Positions 51,253 through 63,200 of a stretch of DNA of 64,000 bases are shown here, in pieces; positions within the stretch are counted from its first letter, which is position 1; every line of letters starts with the position of its first letter. The notes under the pieces were generated by a model. That model was not told the origin of the DNA and searched no databases. It saw nothing but the letters and a program-made list of their open reading frames with translations. The DNA is from Haplodiscus bocki (lineage: Eukaryota): positions 107,136,001 to 107,200,000 of the forward strand of contig OZ296652.1 of NCBI GenBank assembly GCA_965655095.1, given 5' to 3'. The position numbers were made by a program, and so were the translations under genes.

Positions 51253-54200
51253 ATATCTCAAATATCAAAACAATTAAAGCACCAAAAGATTGGAGCTGCA
51301 AAAGACACTGTGGTAAATAGCGAGTCGGAAAAGCAAGGAAACTCATCAAAAGTCTAATATGGAGAAAATTTAGTTCAAGCAGTTCCCGTTCGCAGCAATT
51401 TGAAACTTCTGTTCCTATACTGGTCCAAAATTTAGCCCTCAACAGGTTAGGATCACACAATGCTGCACGCTAAAGGTTCAGTTCACACTCACCATTTGAC
51501 ATTGACATGGAGCAATTTGAAGTTGAGTTGTACCTGGAGTCAAAAAGTGTACACATTGTTTAGACCAGCATTCATGAAGTTACAGCTCGATAATACCGAT
51601 TTGATCGTCTGCTAAGCACTCATTAGGAGATGTCTATGCATCAAGTCTGTCTATCCGAGATTTTCATTAAAAAAACTTATTAATTAAAAATCTGGTTTTG
51701 TAAACTCAAAAAAAACAAATTATCACTCTTAAAATTCTGCATCAAGGGTGCAACCGACATCTTCTCATTTGCGGAGCACTTTCCAAGAAAAGGATATACA
51801 ATTTCCTTCCTTTAGTCTGAATGCTGATAGTTCAAAAACTATCCAAGGTCCTCTTCTTCCAAACTTTCTTGACATTTAAAAATAGATTTCGAGAAAAAAC
51901 AGCCTGGATATTTTTAAAGGTCGTTTTAACGTGCTCTCTGGCTTTAAAGTGTCCAAGATATTCAAAAAATGTTGATTGGTTCTTTCTATTTCTTGTCTTG
52001 ACGTTCAGAAACCGACGGAAAACGAGGGTTTTTTGGAAAAACTGCAACTGAAAAAAGTTATATCATCAGCACTATGTGTCTCATTCCTCCTATAGAGGTC
52101 ACAACCAACATCTTCAATTATCAGGGTAACTTTCGTAAAGTCGTCATCCGTGTTGTCTGCCTCTGAGTCCTGATAGACCGAAATAGCTAAACTTGTAAAT
52201 ATTTTTTACCGAATTCGTTTTTGAAACCGCAAAAATCCTTAGTTTCGCGGACTTCTTAGTTTTGCGCTTTTTGTGTACATTCAATCAGCTTCGGGTATCT
52301 TTAAAAACAGAATATTCAATTGTTTTTTAAAAAGCTAGAGTTCACAGCGTTTCCTAACACTCAGATTTTCAATCTCCAAACCTTTTCGTAACTGGAAAGC
52401 CATGGTGATAGTTATCCAACTAAAGACAAACAAATATATTTAGTTTTGATTTCATCAGAGTCTAAAGAGGTAAATTTCAATTTATTAAGCATTGGGGATT
52501 AGCAGCGTTACCCAATATGTCAAAGAATAACGGAAATTTTGCATTGTTAGCAAACAGATACTTCAAATCAATGCAAGGCACTGTTACAACCTGAGCAAAT
52601 TTTGGTCAGTGACTGCAAAGATCAAAACAGGCATGTCGAGGCCAAACAAGGTTTGCGGGGTAGCTTTTCACAGTGAGACAACTACGCTGTATAAATGACA
52701 AAGAGTCATCACTCTTGCAAAATCAGTATCTCTGAACATCTAATATATTTATTCACTGAAACAATAAAGTACCAGCAAAACATACGTAGATCCAAACAAG
52801 CACGTTGGATGTCAAAGCACATGACTTTGCGTAGGCCAAATGTGGAAGATGATTCGAAGGAAAAAGAAGTGGAAGGAAATGGAAAGTAAGTACGCCATCG
52901 AAATCCAAAGTTTTTTTCAATCTTTTCAGCAAAAATTGGTCAAAACAACCTGTGTCACAACTATCGAAAGGCCTTGAAGCACCAAGGGATTAGTTGGAGC
53001 TACAGTGGCCACTCTCGCAATTAGGCATTCGAAAAAGCACTGAAGCAATTCTGCAGTCTCATATGAAGGAAGACCGGTAGAAGCAGGTCCCGTTTGGCAG
53101 CTTTTGAAACTTTTCTTTCAAATTTTTGGTATGGTTTTGTCTGAAACATGGCCTTTTACATATCGGGCTCACACACACTTGTACACTAAAGAATCAGGTC
53201 GCTAGCACAACTTGACCTTGAGATGGTGCACATTGATGATGAGGTGGGTTCAAGAAGGTTTACTCATTGCTTGGATCAGTTGTCAGGAAGATACAATGCG
53301 ATATTACACCGTTATCACAAGGTATTCTGCTCAAAAGTTGATATACAATGTCTATACGTCAAGTCAACATTTTCAGAGTTCCAAACAGAAATTATTGTTT
53401 TATGTGTCTCTGGCGCCTACGCTACTATTATTTGCAGATATCGGTTTTCAAACTCAAATTACTTATGATTTAAGAACTCAATGTTGTGCATCGAGGTTGA
53501 AATCCAGAGTCCTTCGTGTGCAGAGGACTTCTCAAGTGGAAACTATTGAATTCTGGTCCTCCAGTTTAAATGTTGGTAATGTAAAAAACAACTGAGCTCA
53601 GGAATTATGTAAAATTGCTCGAAACTAGTGTCCGTTTTTTTTTCAGAAAAACTGGCCAGACGTCTCACATTAAGGTGTCATTAAGCAGCTTTTTCTCTTG
53701 TGGATGATCATGTTTTTTGGACTTTAGTCATTTGTTTTTCTTTCATGAGTACTGATAACTAAAACTTTCCTAACTAACCTTCGGTGGTTCCACCTTACAT
53801 TTTAACATTGAAACGGTTTTTTTTAAAAAAAAACATCCTTTGTTTTTTCTTCGTCTGTTCGTCTGAGTCCCCGCAGACCAAAAATGCCAACCTTGAGACT
53901 AATTAATTAATACGTCGGTTTTAAAAATCCTAAAGTCGATGATACTAACAGCATGAAAATTGCCATCAAGAGCTCCGTCGTCAGTTCTTTACTTCCGTAT
54001 GACTATTCAGTGAAATACTTACAAGTCTGAGTTCTTGATGTCAAAAGGAGATTTCATAGTCGAAAAAAGCCAAAAGAGATCCTATTTCCAATTTATCCCG
54101 GTTTTGAAATACTTGTTCCTTCAAAAATTGGCGAATTTGTCAGAGAAGCTAATATTTGACAACAATCAATCTGTAGATTTGTTGTTGGAAGGAAACTCCT

Positions 54201-57200
54201 TGACTTCTGCAAAAGCAACTTTTCTTCATGAAAGGCTGAAATTGACGAAAGGTTCAACTACTAATATAATTTATTCGATATTCAACATCATGGTTTTCTG
54301 AAGCCCTCGACTTGAATTCTGCCATCTTGGACTTAACCAACAAATTTTTATTTTGTCAAATTCTTGGTGAGAAACTGTCCGTTTTCTCGTCAATTTTCAC
54401 ACAAAATTTACAGAATATATTGCATCTAGACAGCCAGAATTCCTAAGTCAGACAAATCACATCAGTCAGAGAGTCAAACGTCTGCTGCACAACGGAGACA
54501 GCAAGTACCGGCGTGGAGATAACCTTGGTGTAGACACTTCCATAACATAAAACCGAAAAACTCTCTTGCTGTCTCAAGAACTTGTGGAGTAACCATCAAG
54601 CTGTTCCAAAAACTTTGAGTTCGTCTGTATAGATTTCTTAGTTTTGAGTTTTTCGTGTATATTCCAGCAGCTTTGTGTATCTTCAGGAACCGTTTTTTCA
54701 ATTGTTTCAGAAAAAATTCCACTTCACAGCGTTTTGTAACATTTAGAGTTTCAATCACCAAATCTCTTCCTAACTGGACAAGGTTGGTGTTAGTTATCCC
54801 CTTAGAGATTACCAAATGTATTTAGTATTCAACTTTCCAGAGTCGAAAGAAGTAAGTCTCAATTTAATAGCCATTGGGGATTAGAAGCGTTAACCAAAAT
54901 GTCAAAGAGTAACGGTTTTTTTACACTGTTAACAAACAGATGCTTCAAACCAATGAAAGGCACTATTACAATCTGAACGGATTTTAGTCAGTAGAGGCCA
55001 AAGTCAGGACTAGCATGTTGCGGCAAAAAAACGTGGGTGGCGTAGTTTACCACTGTGAGACATCTACGCTGTATGAAGGAGAAAAAGTCATCACTATTGC
55101 AGAATCTGTAACTTTAAACATCGAAGTTCTCAATTCACTGAAACAGCAAGTACCAGAAAAACAGAAGCAGATGCAAACAAGCACGTTGGATGTCAAGTCA
55201 CATGACTTTGCGCGGGCCATATGTGGAAGGTGATTCGAAAGAACAGGGAGTGAAAGTACCTGGAAAGTAAGTACGCCATTGGAACCCAAAGTCTCTTTTC
55301 ATTATATTCATCAAAAATTGGCTAAACGAGCCTGTATCACAACTATCGAAAGACTTTGAATTACCAACGGTTTAGTTGGAGCAATGATGGCCTCTCTCGC
55401 AATTAAGCATCCGAAACAGTACTGAAACCATTCAACAGTCGTGTGTGAAGAAAAACCCGTAGAAGCACGTCCCGTTTGGCAGTAATTTGAAACAATGCTT
55501 TCAAAATTTTGATTCCGGATTAGTCGGAAAAAGGCGTTATACATGTTGAGCTCACGTACACTTCTAAACTAAAGGTTCAGGTCGCTAACACAACTTGACC
55601 TTGATATGGAGCACTTTGAAGATGAGGTGGGATTAGGAATGTTTACTCATTGCGTGGATCGGTTTCCAGGAAGATAAAGTGCGAAATTACGTCCTATTCA
55701 CAAAATCTTCAGTCAAAATTCGTTATACAATGTCTAAGGGTCAAGTCAACATCTCCATCTCTTTTCCTAAAAAAATTCTTCCATTTGTCTTTGGCGCCTA
55801 CTCTTCAATCAAGTGCAGGTTTCAATTTTTCAACTCAGAATAAGCAACTATGATCGAAATGTTCTCCATCAAGTGTACAACCGGCAGCTCCTCATATGCA
55901 AAGGACATTTCAAGAACAAACTAACCAACTCTGTTACTTCATTTTGAATTTTGGTAGTGCAAAAACTAACCAAAGTTTTGTTTTGTTCGATTTTCCTCAA
56001 CATTATTATTTCTCAAAAAAACGGTTTCAGTAAGCAACTTTCGTGCTTATGGAGGACCACTACATTCGAACTGTCTTGATTGGTTTCTTTCTTTTCAGTG
56101 TACTGATACATAAAAGCTACCAGACTGTGCTGGTACTCTGTAATTAACTCCACTTGCAAAAACTTCTTCCCTCAACACTACCTACTTCAACCCTTTTTTG
56201 CAGGTCCCACCTAACATCTTAACACTGAGGCGGATTTTTACTAAAACGTCCTTTTTTTTGATGCGTCTGAGTCCTGGCACACCGAAAATGCCAACCTTGA
56301 GCTTCATGAGTTCATACGTCGGTTTCCAAAACTCGAAATTCAGTGATTTTATCAGCTCGAAAAGTGCCATCAAGAATTCCGTCGTCAGTTCTACACTTCC
56401 AGATGACTATTCAGTGAAAAACTTACGAGTCATTTTTCTTGGTGTCCAAAAGGGATTTGATAGACAGTCCAAAAGTTAAAGACATTTTTTTCGATTCATG
56501 CCGGTTATGAAATACATGTTCCTCCAAAAAATAGCTGGAATTCGTCACACAAGTTAATATTTGACAACAATCAATCTATAGATGCGTTGTTGGATGGAAA
56601 CTCCGTGACTTCTGCAAAGGCAACTTCTCGCAAATAAAGGCCGGAGTGTTGACGAAATGTGCAGCTGCTGTTGATATTTCTTCGATATTCAACATCATTG
56701 TTTTCTGAAGCCCTCGATTTGATCTCTGTCATCTTACACTTAAGCGACACAATTTTATTGAGTCAATTTCTTGATGACAGAGCGTGCGTTGTCTCATTCA
56801 TTTTTATCCACAATTGACAGAACATATTGGAGCTAGACTGCCAGAATTCCTAAGTCAGACAAATCGAGTCAGTCAAAGAGGCAGACTTCTGCTGTACAAC
56901 GGAGAGCGCAAGTACCAATGTGGAGATAACTTTGGCTTTGACACTTCCATTACATAAGTTGGAGAGACTCTCTTGCTGTCTCAGGAACTTGTGGAGTAAC
57001 TTTCGAACTGTTCCAAAAACTTTGAATTCGTCTAAACGAACTTATTGGTTTTGCGTTTTTCATGTTTTATCAATCAGCTATATTTATCTTCAAGGACCCA
57101 ATATTCAATTGTTTCTCCATTGGAAAGACATAGTTCCATTGGACAGTTTTTCCTACCCTTCAGACTTTCATTCTCCAAATCTTCTTCTAAGTGGATAACC

Positions 57201-60200
57201 TTCGTGACAATTATCACCTTAAAGACTATCAATTTGTTTTACTGTTGGATTTTTGAGTTGAAAAATTTACTTCTCAATTCGATAACCACCAGATTACCAG
57301 CGCCATCCTGTATCCCACTGACTAACGGATATCATGGCCTGTTACCAAACAAACACTTGAACCTAAGAGGTGGGACTTTCTCATGGTGAACAAAAGTTGC
57401 TCAGGGGCGGCAGAGATCGAAATTAGCATGTCGCGGCCAAAAAAGCTAGGTGGGGTAAATTACAACAGTGAGTCAACTGGATCATTAGCAGAAGTTCATA
57501 GGTATGGTGAAGTCAGTATCAAAACTTATTGAAAGTAACTTTTTAACTGAATTATAAAACTACCAGAAGACATGTAGATCAACACAAGCACGTTGGATGG
57601 CAAATCACATGATTCTGCGTCAATCGAAGAAAAACCAAAATTCAAAGGAGAAAAAAAGTTTAAGGAAGTGGAGAGTACGCAATGAAAACCAAAATTTCTG
57701 TCAAAAAATCAGACTGCGGTGGAAGGAGCTAGTGTCGCAAGTATCGCAAAACCTTGAAACACCAAGTGTTTGAAGGGAGCTACGTTTGATCACATTTGCA
57801 CTTAAGGGTTTGAAAGCCGCTGAAACCTAGCAAAAGTCCCATAGGAAGAAAAATCAGTAAAGGCAGGTAATGTTGGGCAGTTATTTGATACTTTTGTTCA
57901 TAAAGTAGTATGAAAATTGGCTTTAGAAACGTTTCCACTCAAACCTGAACGCTAATGATCCGGATCACTACCACCACTTAAGATGAGATGGAATATATCA
58001 AAAATTAGATCGGGGTGTGAAGCTTTTTTCATTGTTCAGATCAATTTTCAACAAAAAACAGTGCGGTGATACGTTTTATTGATAAGATTTCCCTCTAGTT
58101 GTTGATTGAGGTATGTTTTCATCTCCATTCTTTTCTTTCGAAATTGGTGATTTTTCAAGCTCAAATCTGTTCTGTCTCTGGCGTTTACGTTACTAATACT
58201 TACAGATCTCGGTTTTGCAACTCAAAGTGTTCAATGACTATGAACTCAAGGTTCTGCGTAAAGGTTGCAATCGACAGCGCTTTATCTGTGGAGGACATTC
58301 CGAGCCGAGGAACCCTCTTTTGTTCCCTTTGTTTGAATCCTGATAGTGTAAAACGAACTGGAGGTCGTTTTATCTCCAAACCCTTGATAATATTGTTCGT
58401 ATTTCCCAATAAAAACAAGCAACACGTCTTCCTTTAAGGTCTCACTAGGCAGCTTTGATGTTTGTAGAGGACCATGGCCCTTAAAAAATTTTGATTAGTT
58501 TTTTTTCTATTGGGAGTCCAGGTGCTTGGAAACTGCCGGACAATTTTGGCAGTTTTGGAAAAGCTCTACCTGCAAAAACAGATTTCTTCAGCACTTGCTT
58601 CTTCAGTCCTTCTACAGAAGTCCTAATCAAAATTCTTTAACTGGAAGGTTTTTTTCGAAAAAAACCGTTTATTTTTTTCCGGCGTCCGTCCTGGCACACT
58701 GGAAATGCTGAATTTGTGAAAAAAACTGCAGACGTCCGTTTTAGGACGTCTAAGTTCCGTGTAATTACATGCATTAAATTTGCCATCAAATGCTCTGTCG
58801 TCAGTTCAACACTTGAGGATGATTCATAAGCACAAAATTGACGGGCCTTCTTCCTTCGTGTCGATGGAATCTTGAGTCTACAAAAAAAGCAAAAACTAAA
58901 CCCACTTTTAATATATAAAGTTTGTGAAATCAATGATTCTCTAAGAGGAGGACTCATTTTTGTCCCAAAGTTAAACCTAACATTTATCCAGCCTTAGAAC
59001 TGTTTTCCGATAGAAACTCTTTGATTTTTTTAAAGGCAACTGTTTTTTATGAAAAGCCAAAAATGATGAAATCTGCAAGTACTCACGTACTTTTGTTGAT
59101 TTTCAGATTGATCATTTTCTGGAGCTCTCGACTTCAGTTTTTCAGTTCAGCCATCAATGACCTATTCTACTACTTTTTTTTCAGTCAAGGTTTTGGTGAA
59201 GAATTATTTGTTGTATCAACCACTTCTGCTTTTGACTCAATTTATCGTGGTACGATTGCGAAATTTCGTTTTTCAGACAAATCGCGGCAACTTGGGAGAC
59301 GCTGACTTTTGCTGTGCAACGGAGAGAGTCAGTACACATTTTGCGACAATCCTGGGTTAAGGACGCTCAAATTTTCCCTACAAGAAGCGAGGTACCTCTT
59401 ACGCTGAATCAAGTGTTTGTGGAGTATTCAAGAGACAGTTCTAAAAAATGTCTTTTAGTTTTTAGTCTATGTGGCTGTTAATGTCTTGCTCTCTACGTCT
59501 GTTTGCAACAGAATACATAGTTCTAAAAGGACATTTTTTTCCAATTCATTCAAAAATCGTCCACTCAATAGCTCTTCGTAACATTGAGATTTTCAATCTT
59601 CAAATCGTCCTCGAACTGGAAAGTCTTGGTGGTAGTTGTCCCATTAAAAACATCTGTCTTCAAAGTTGAAATCCTCAAAAAAGGAAGCGTTTCTTCTAAA
59701 TTTCTAAAGCACCGGCCCACCAGTGTTAACCATTTTCTCACTGACTAATTGATAGTATGCATTGTAATCAAACAAACTGTTGAATGCATCAAAGTGCACT
59801 ATACCAAAGCGAACAGAAGGTTATTAGTAGTGGCAACGATAAGAATTACCACGTCGCGGCCACACAAAGTGGGTGAGTTTGAATACTTCAATGAAACATC
59901 CACGCAAGGTGGTCAAGAAACTTTGAAAAATAAGAGAAAATATATACGCATAAACATCGAAGGTATCTATTCAACTGAACAAACAAATTGTAGAGAAAAG
60001 CTGAAGGTCCAAACAAGCACGTTGGATGTGAAAGCACAAAATTTTGCGTGGGTGAAGTGCGAAGAAAGGCTTGGAGGGGACAAAAAGTATAGGAAACGTG
60101 AAAGAAGGTACACCATCAAATGCCGTTCGCATGAGCGGGCAACACAACTATTGAGAAACTTTGAAGCACCAAGTGTAAGCATGGAGCTACAATGGATCAC

Positions 60201-63200
60201 CATTGCAATGAAGGAATCCAAAACCTACTAAAATTTTCAAAGTCTGCTATAGAAAACAATCTGATAAAGCAGGTCCTGTTGGGCAGTGCTTTGGAACTTC
60301 TGTTCCGATATGAGTCTGAAACTTGGCGCTATGGCTGTTGGGTGTACATAAACCTGCACAATAAAGATTCAGATCGCTAGCATTACTTGAGTTTGCGATG
60401 GAGCGCTTTAAATGTCAGTTCCGGGTCAGAAGGTGTACTCAATATCTTGATCAGTTTTCAAGAAGATACAGTGCGATAACATGTCTCTTTGATTTGATCT
60501 TCTGCTAGGTGGTGGTTAAGGCTTGTCTGTGGGTCAAATCACCTTATCCACGGTTCTTTGCCGAAAACGGTGAGTTTGCAAGTTTTGGTGTGTTTTTTCT
60601 CTCTGGCATCAACCCAACTACTCATTGCCGATCTCGGTTTTAAAACTCAAGGTGTTCAAAAAGTACAAACTTACCGTTCTGTAGCAAAGGAGCAATCGAC
60701 AGATTTTTTCCTGCAAACGACTTTTCGAGTGAAGATTTTCCAATTTTGATCCTACAGTTTGAACCCTGGTTGTGCACAACCTACTCAACGTCCTAATTTC
60801 TTGGATTTTTGTTGTTAACAAAATTCACTTTTTTCGAAAACTAGATGCTTGCTTTCTTCCCTGAAGTTTTTAATAGGCAGCCTTGCGCTTGTAGAGGACC
60901 TGGAAAAAGAAAGTTTTGTGAATGGCTTCCTTCTGTCTGAATGGTAATACTCGGGATATGCCAAAAAGTGTCGATAAATTGAAATAATTCCACAATCAAA
61001 CTCAGTTTTCATCAATTATACAACTTTTCCATCTTAGTTAGGTCCTGATGACCAAATGTTTGACTCGAGCGTTACTTTCCAACGAACCTTTAATTCTTCT
61101 CTATGCTTTGAATCCTGACAAACCGGTAAAGTCAAAATTGTTATCAAAAGTCATAGATTGTGGTTTTCAAACTTGAATAAATTGCTAGAAAACTCTCAAA
61201 TTGAATCTCTCTATCAAAAATTCAATCACCAGTTTTGAACCTGACGATGACGATTGAGTAAAACTATCATTCGTCTTGATCCTTGCTGTTTGATTCTTGA
61301 ATACCCAGAAAGTCCGAATTATGCTGGAGTTTGATTCATCAGAGTCTCCAGATTCATACATCTCCATAACAATTTTTTCACGTCTTTCATTAAGGTCATT
61401 ATGGGTCTTTCATTAAGAAACTGACCGCATTTGATCTCTAGAAAAGCTTTTAAATTCATTAACGTTTTATGCACAAGCAACAGATTTTCCTTGAAGGCTG
61501 AAGTTGCCGAAAAACAAATTTTCCCTTCCACACTTCTTTGGAACAATCAATTTTTTGTTCGGACTTATATTATCAATTGTTATAGTTCTGACAGGTGAAA
61601 TTTGATCAATTATTATAATTGCACGACCAATCCAAAAATAAATATTGCAAAAGTTTTGGAAGGAGTGTGTTCAGTGTGTACTCATTGCGAGGTAGAGATA
61701 AGACAAAACAGCATAAAGAACAAATGTAAGTTAACAATTTTGACATTTACAATTTTTGACAACTGATAAAGTACGACCTGGCGCCATTATGCCGTTGGGA
61801 AAGTACCTCTTTTGAATCTCAAAAACCAACAGTTGCAATGTGACGTGTACAAATAAAAAAATCAAGAAAAGTAAAAAAAATGTATTAATTTCGGTTTATT
61901 CTTCATAATTTTTGAACTCCATAAACCCTTTAAACAAGCTAAATTATCATTTACTTTACAATGCAAATAGTGGGACGACTTGAATTTTCTGCAAATCTGA
62001 ATTCATTTCTCCCAATGTCGATTGGTTTTCTTCGATTTGCTTTGAAAACTTCAGAAATTTTGAAACCAAACTTTATCTTGTCAGTGAAATCAATAAAGTG
62101 ATCACTTACATCTATAATTCTTCATAAAGAGATTTTCTATTTGAAAATTGTGTTACTACACTCTGCAGCCGAAATCGAAAGCAGCATAAAACTTTACTGC
62201 GCTGCTAGCACGGCTTCTGCATCTCAAAGTGAGAATTTTTACAAAAAAAGTCAAAAATTCAACCTAAGAAAATTTGCTACACTCTGTAGTTCACAAATCA
62301 CAAAGCTCCAAAAAAGTTACAACGTGAAATGAGGAAATCCCTCACAGAATATAACCGAACAAGAGTCTGCAGAACATTCTGGTTTTACTTTTTCTCCTTT
62401 GCCGGTGTGGTTCAGACGAGAACAATTTGGGATGATGAAAAAAAGGTAGCACAGATTAGCAATGAAAATATGAACAGGCTCCGAGAAAAATGGATAGAGG
62501 TGAAACTAACAAGTCGCCCACAATCTGATTGTGCAGCAGAACAAAAAGCTTACAGCCAGCGTAGTGTGAGTGACATGCTGTTAACGCCAAGCAAACACTC
62601 CCTTTTTGGGTGATGTACATAAGTTCACAAAACAAGTTGGATAGTTAAGAGCGAGTCAAAAAGAAACGAGAAATTCTGAAAACGCTCACGAGACGTTTCT
62701 GAACAATACTCCAGAGCTGTATCTAGGGGCAGTTACCCTTCTTCGTTTTAAACTCTGAGAAAAAGGGTCCAGAATCAGATTGTCAAAATGGGAATTTCTT
62801 GACGTTTGACCAAGTTTTAGTATAATGAAGGTTTTTGAATTCATTCAAAGTTTTTCAAAAACTCTTCCCGAAGAACTGTACGAAAAGAAAATTCGGATTC
62901 TGCATTCATTAAGCGACTAGAAGAAATGGCGAGATGCAGGTCTCTTTGAATAGACCTCAACTCAATACTTATCTTATTTTTTTCAAACTGGTAAAACAAT
63001 GATAAAAATCCCAAACGAACCAAAATCTACCTACGGAGAATGACTCTACAGAAAAGAAATTGGAAGTTTCCACTCTATAACAATGTGACTTCTCTCGTCT
63101 CATTCAAACCATCTAACAAGGTATACAAAACAAACAAACAACATCATGCGAGTTTCTCGCGTTATGCAGCGTGAATAATGGGTGGAAAAGAGGCGTTAAT

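Larger units (their letters stand above)
9628..61350. repeat. Large head-to-tail array of ~2.3-2.45 kb homologous, diverged units (about 23-24 units including truncated ones)
   Basis: Signature motif recurs at 9727, 12056, 14385, 16714, 19043, 21361, 23736, 25927 (degenerate), 28237, 30671, 33105, 34438, 36756, 39068, 43320, 45994, 46208, 48650, 51092, 52790, 55171, 57578 and 60007. Other landmarks (aagcaggtcccgttgg, agtcctgacagaccga, gatggaaactcc, gttccaaaaa, aacaagcaaa) recur in the same order and orientation. Confidence 0.95.

Noticed and set aside
52669-52706. RSS/Transib-like CACAGTG heptamer with an A-rich nonamer-like tract ~22 bp away
   Set aside because: The heptamer varies among units (cacagtc, cacagtt, cacggtg, cactgtg), the nonamer match is weak and there is no opposing inverted end or transposase.
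9925-60749. Plus-strand ORFs in array units (e.g. 9925..10218, 25420..25896, 53212..53595, 59749..60231) as functional genes
   Set aside because: They are short with no recognisable domains, their starts and stops are not conserved between subfamilies, and they recur only because the DNA is repeated.
9628-61350. CRISPR array (conserved palindromic repeat plus variable spacers)
   Set aside because: The inter-motif segments are ~2.3 kb and homologous to each other rather than unique short spacers. There are no cas genes and the DNA looks eukaryotic.
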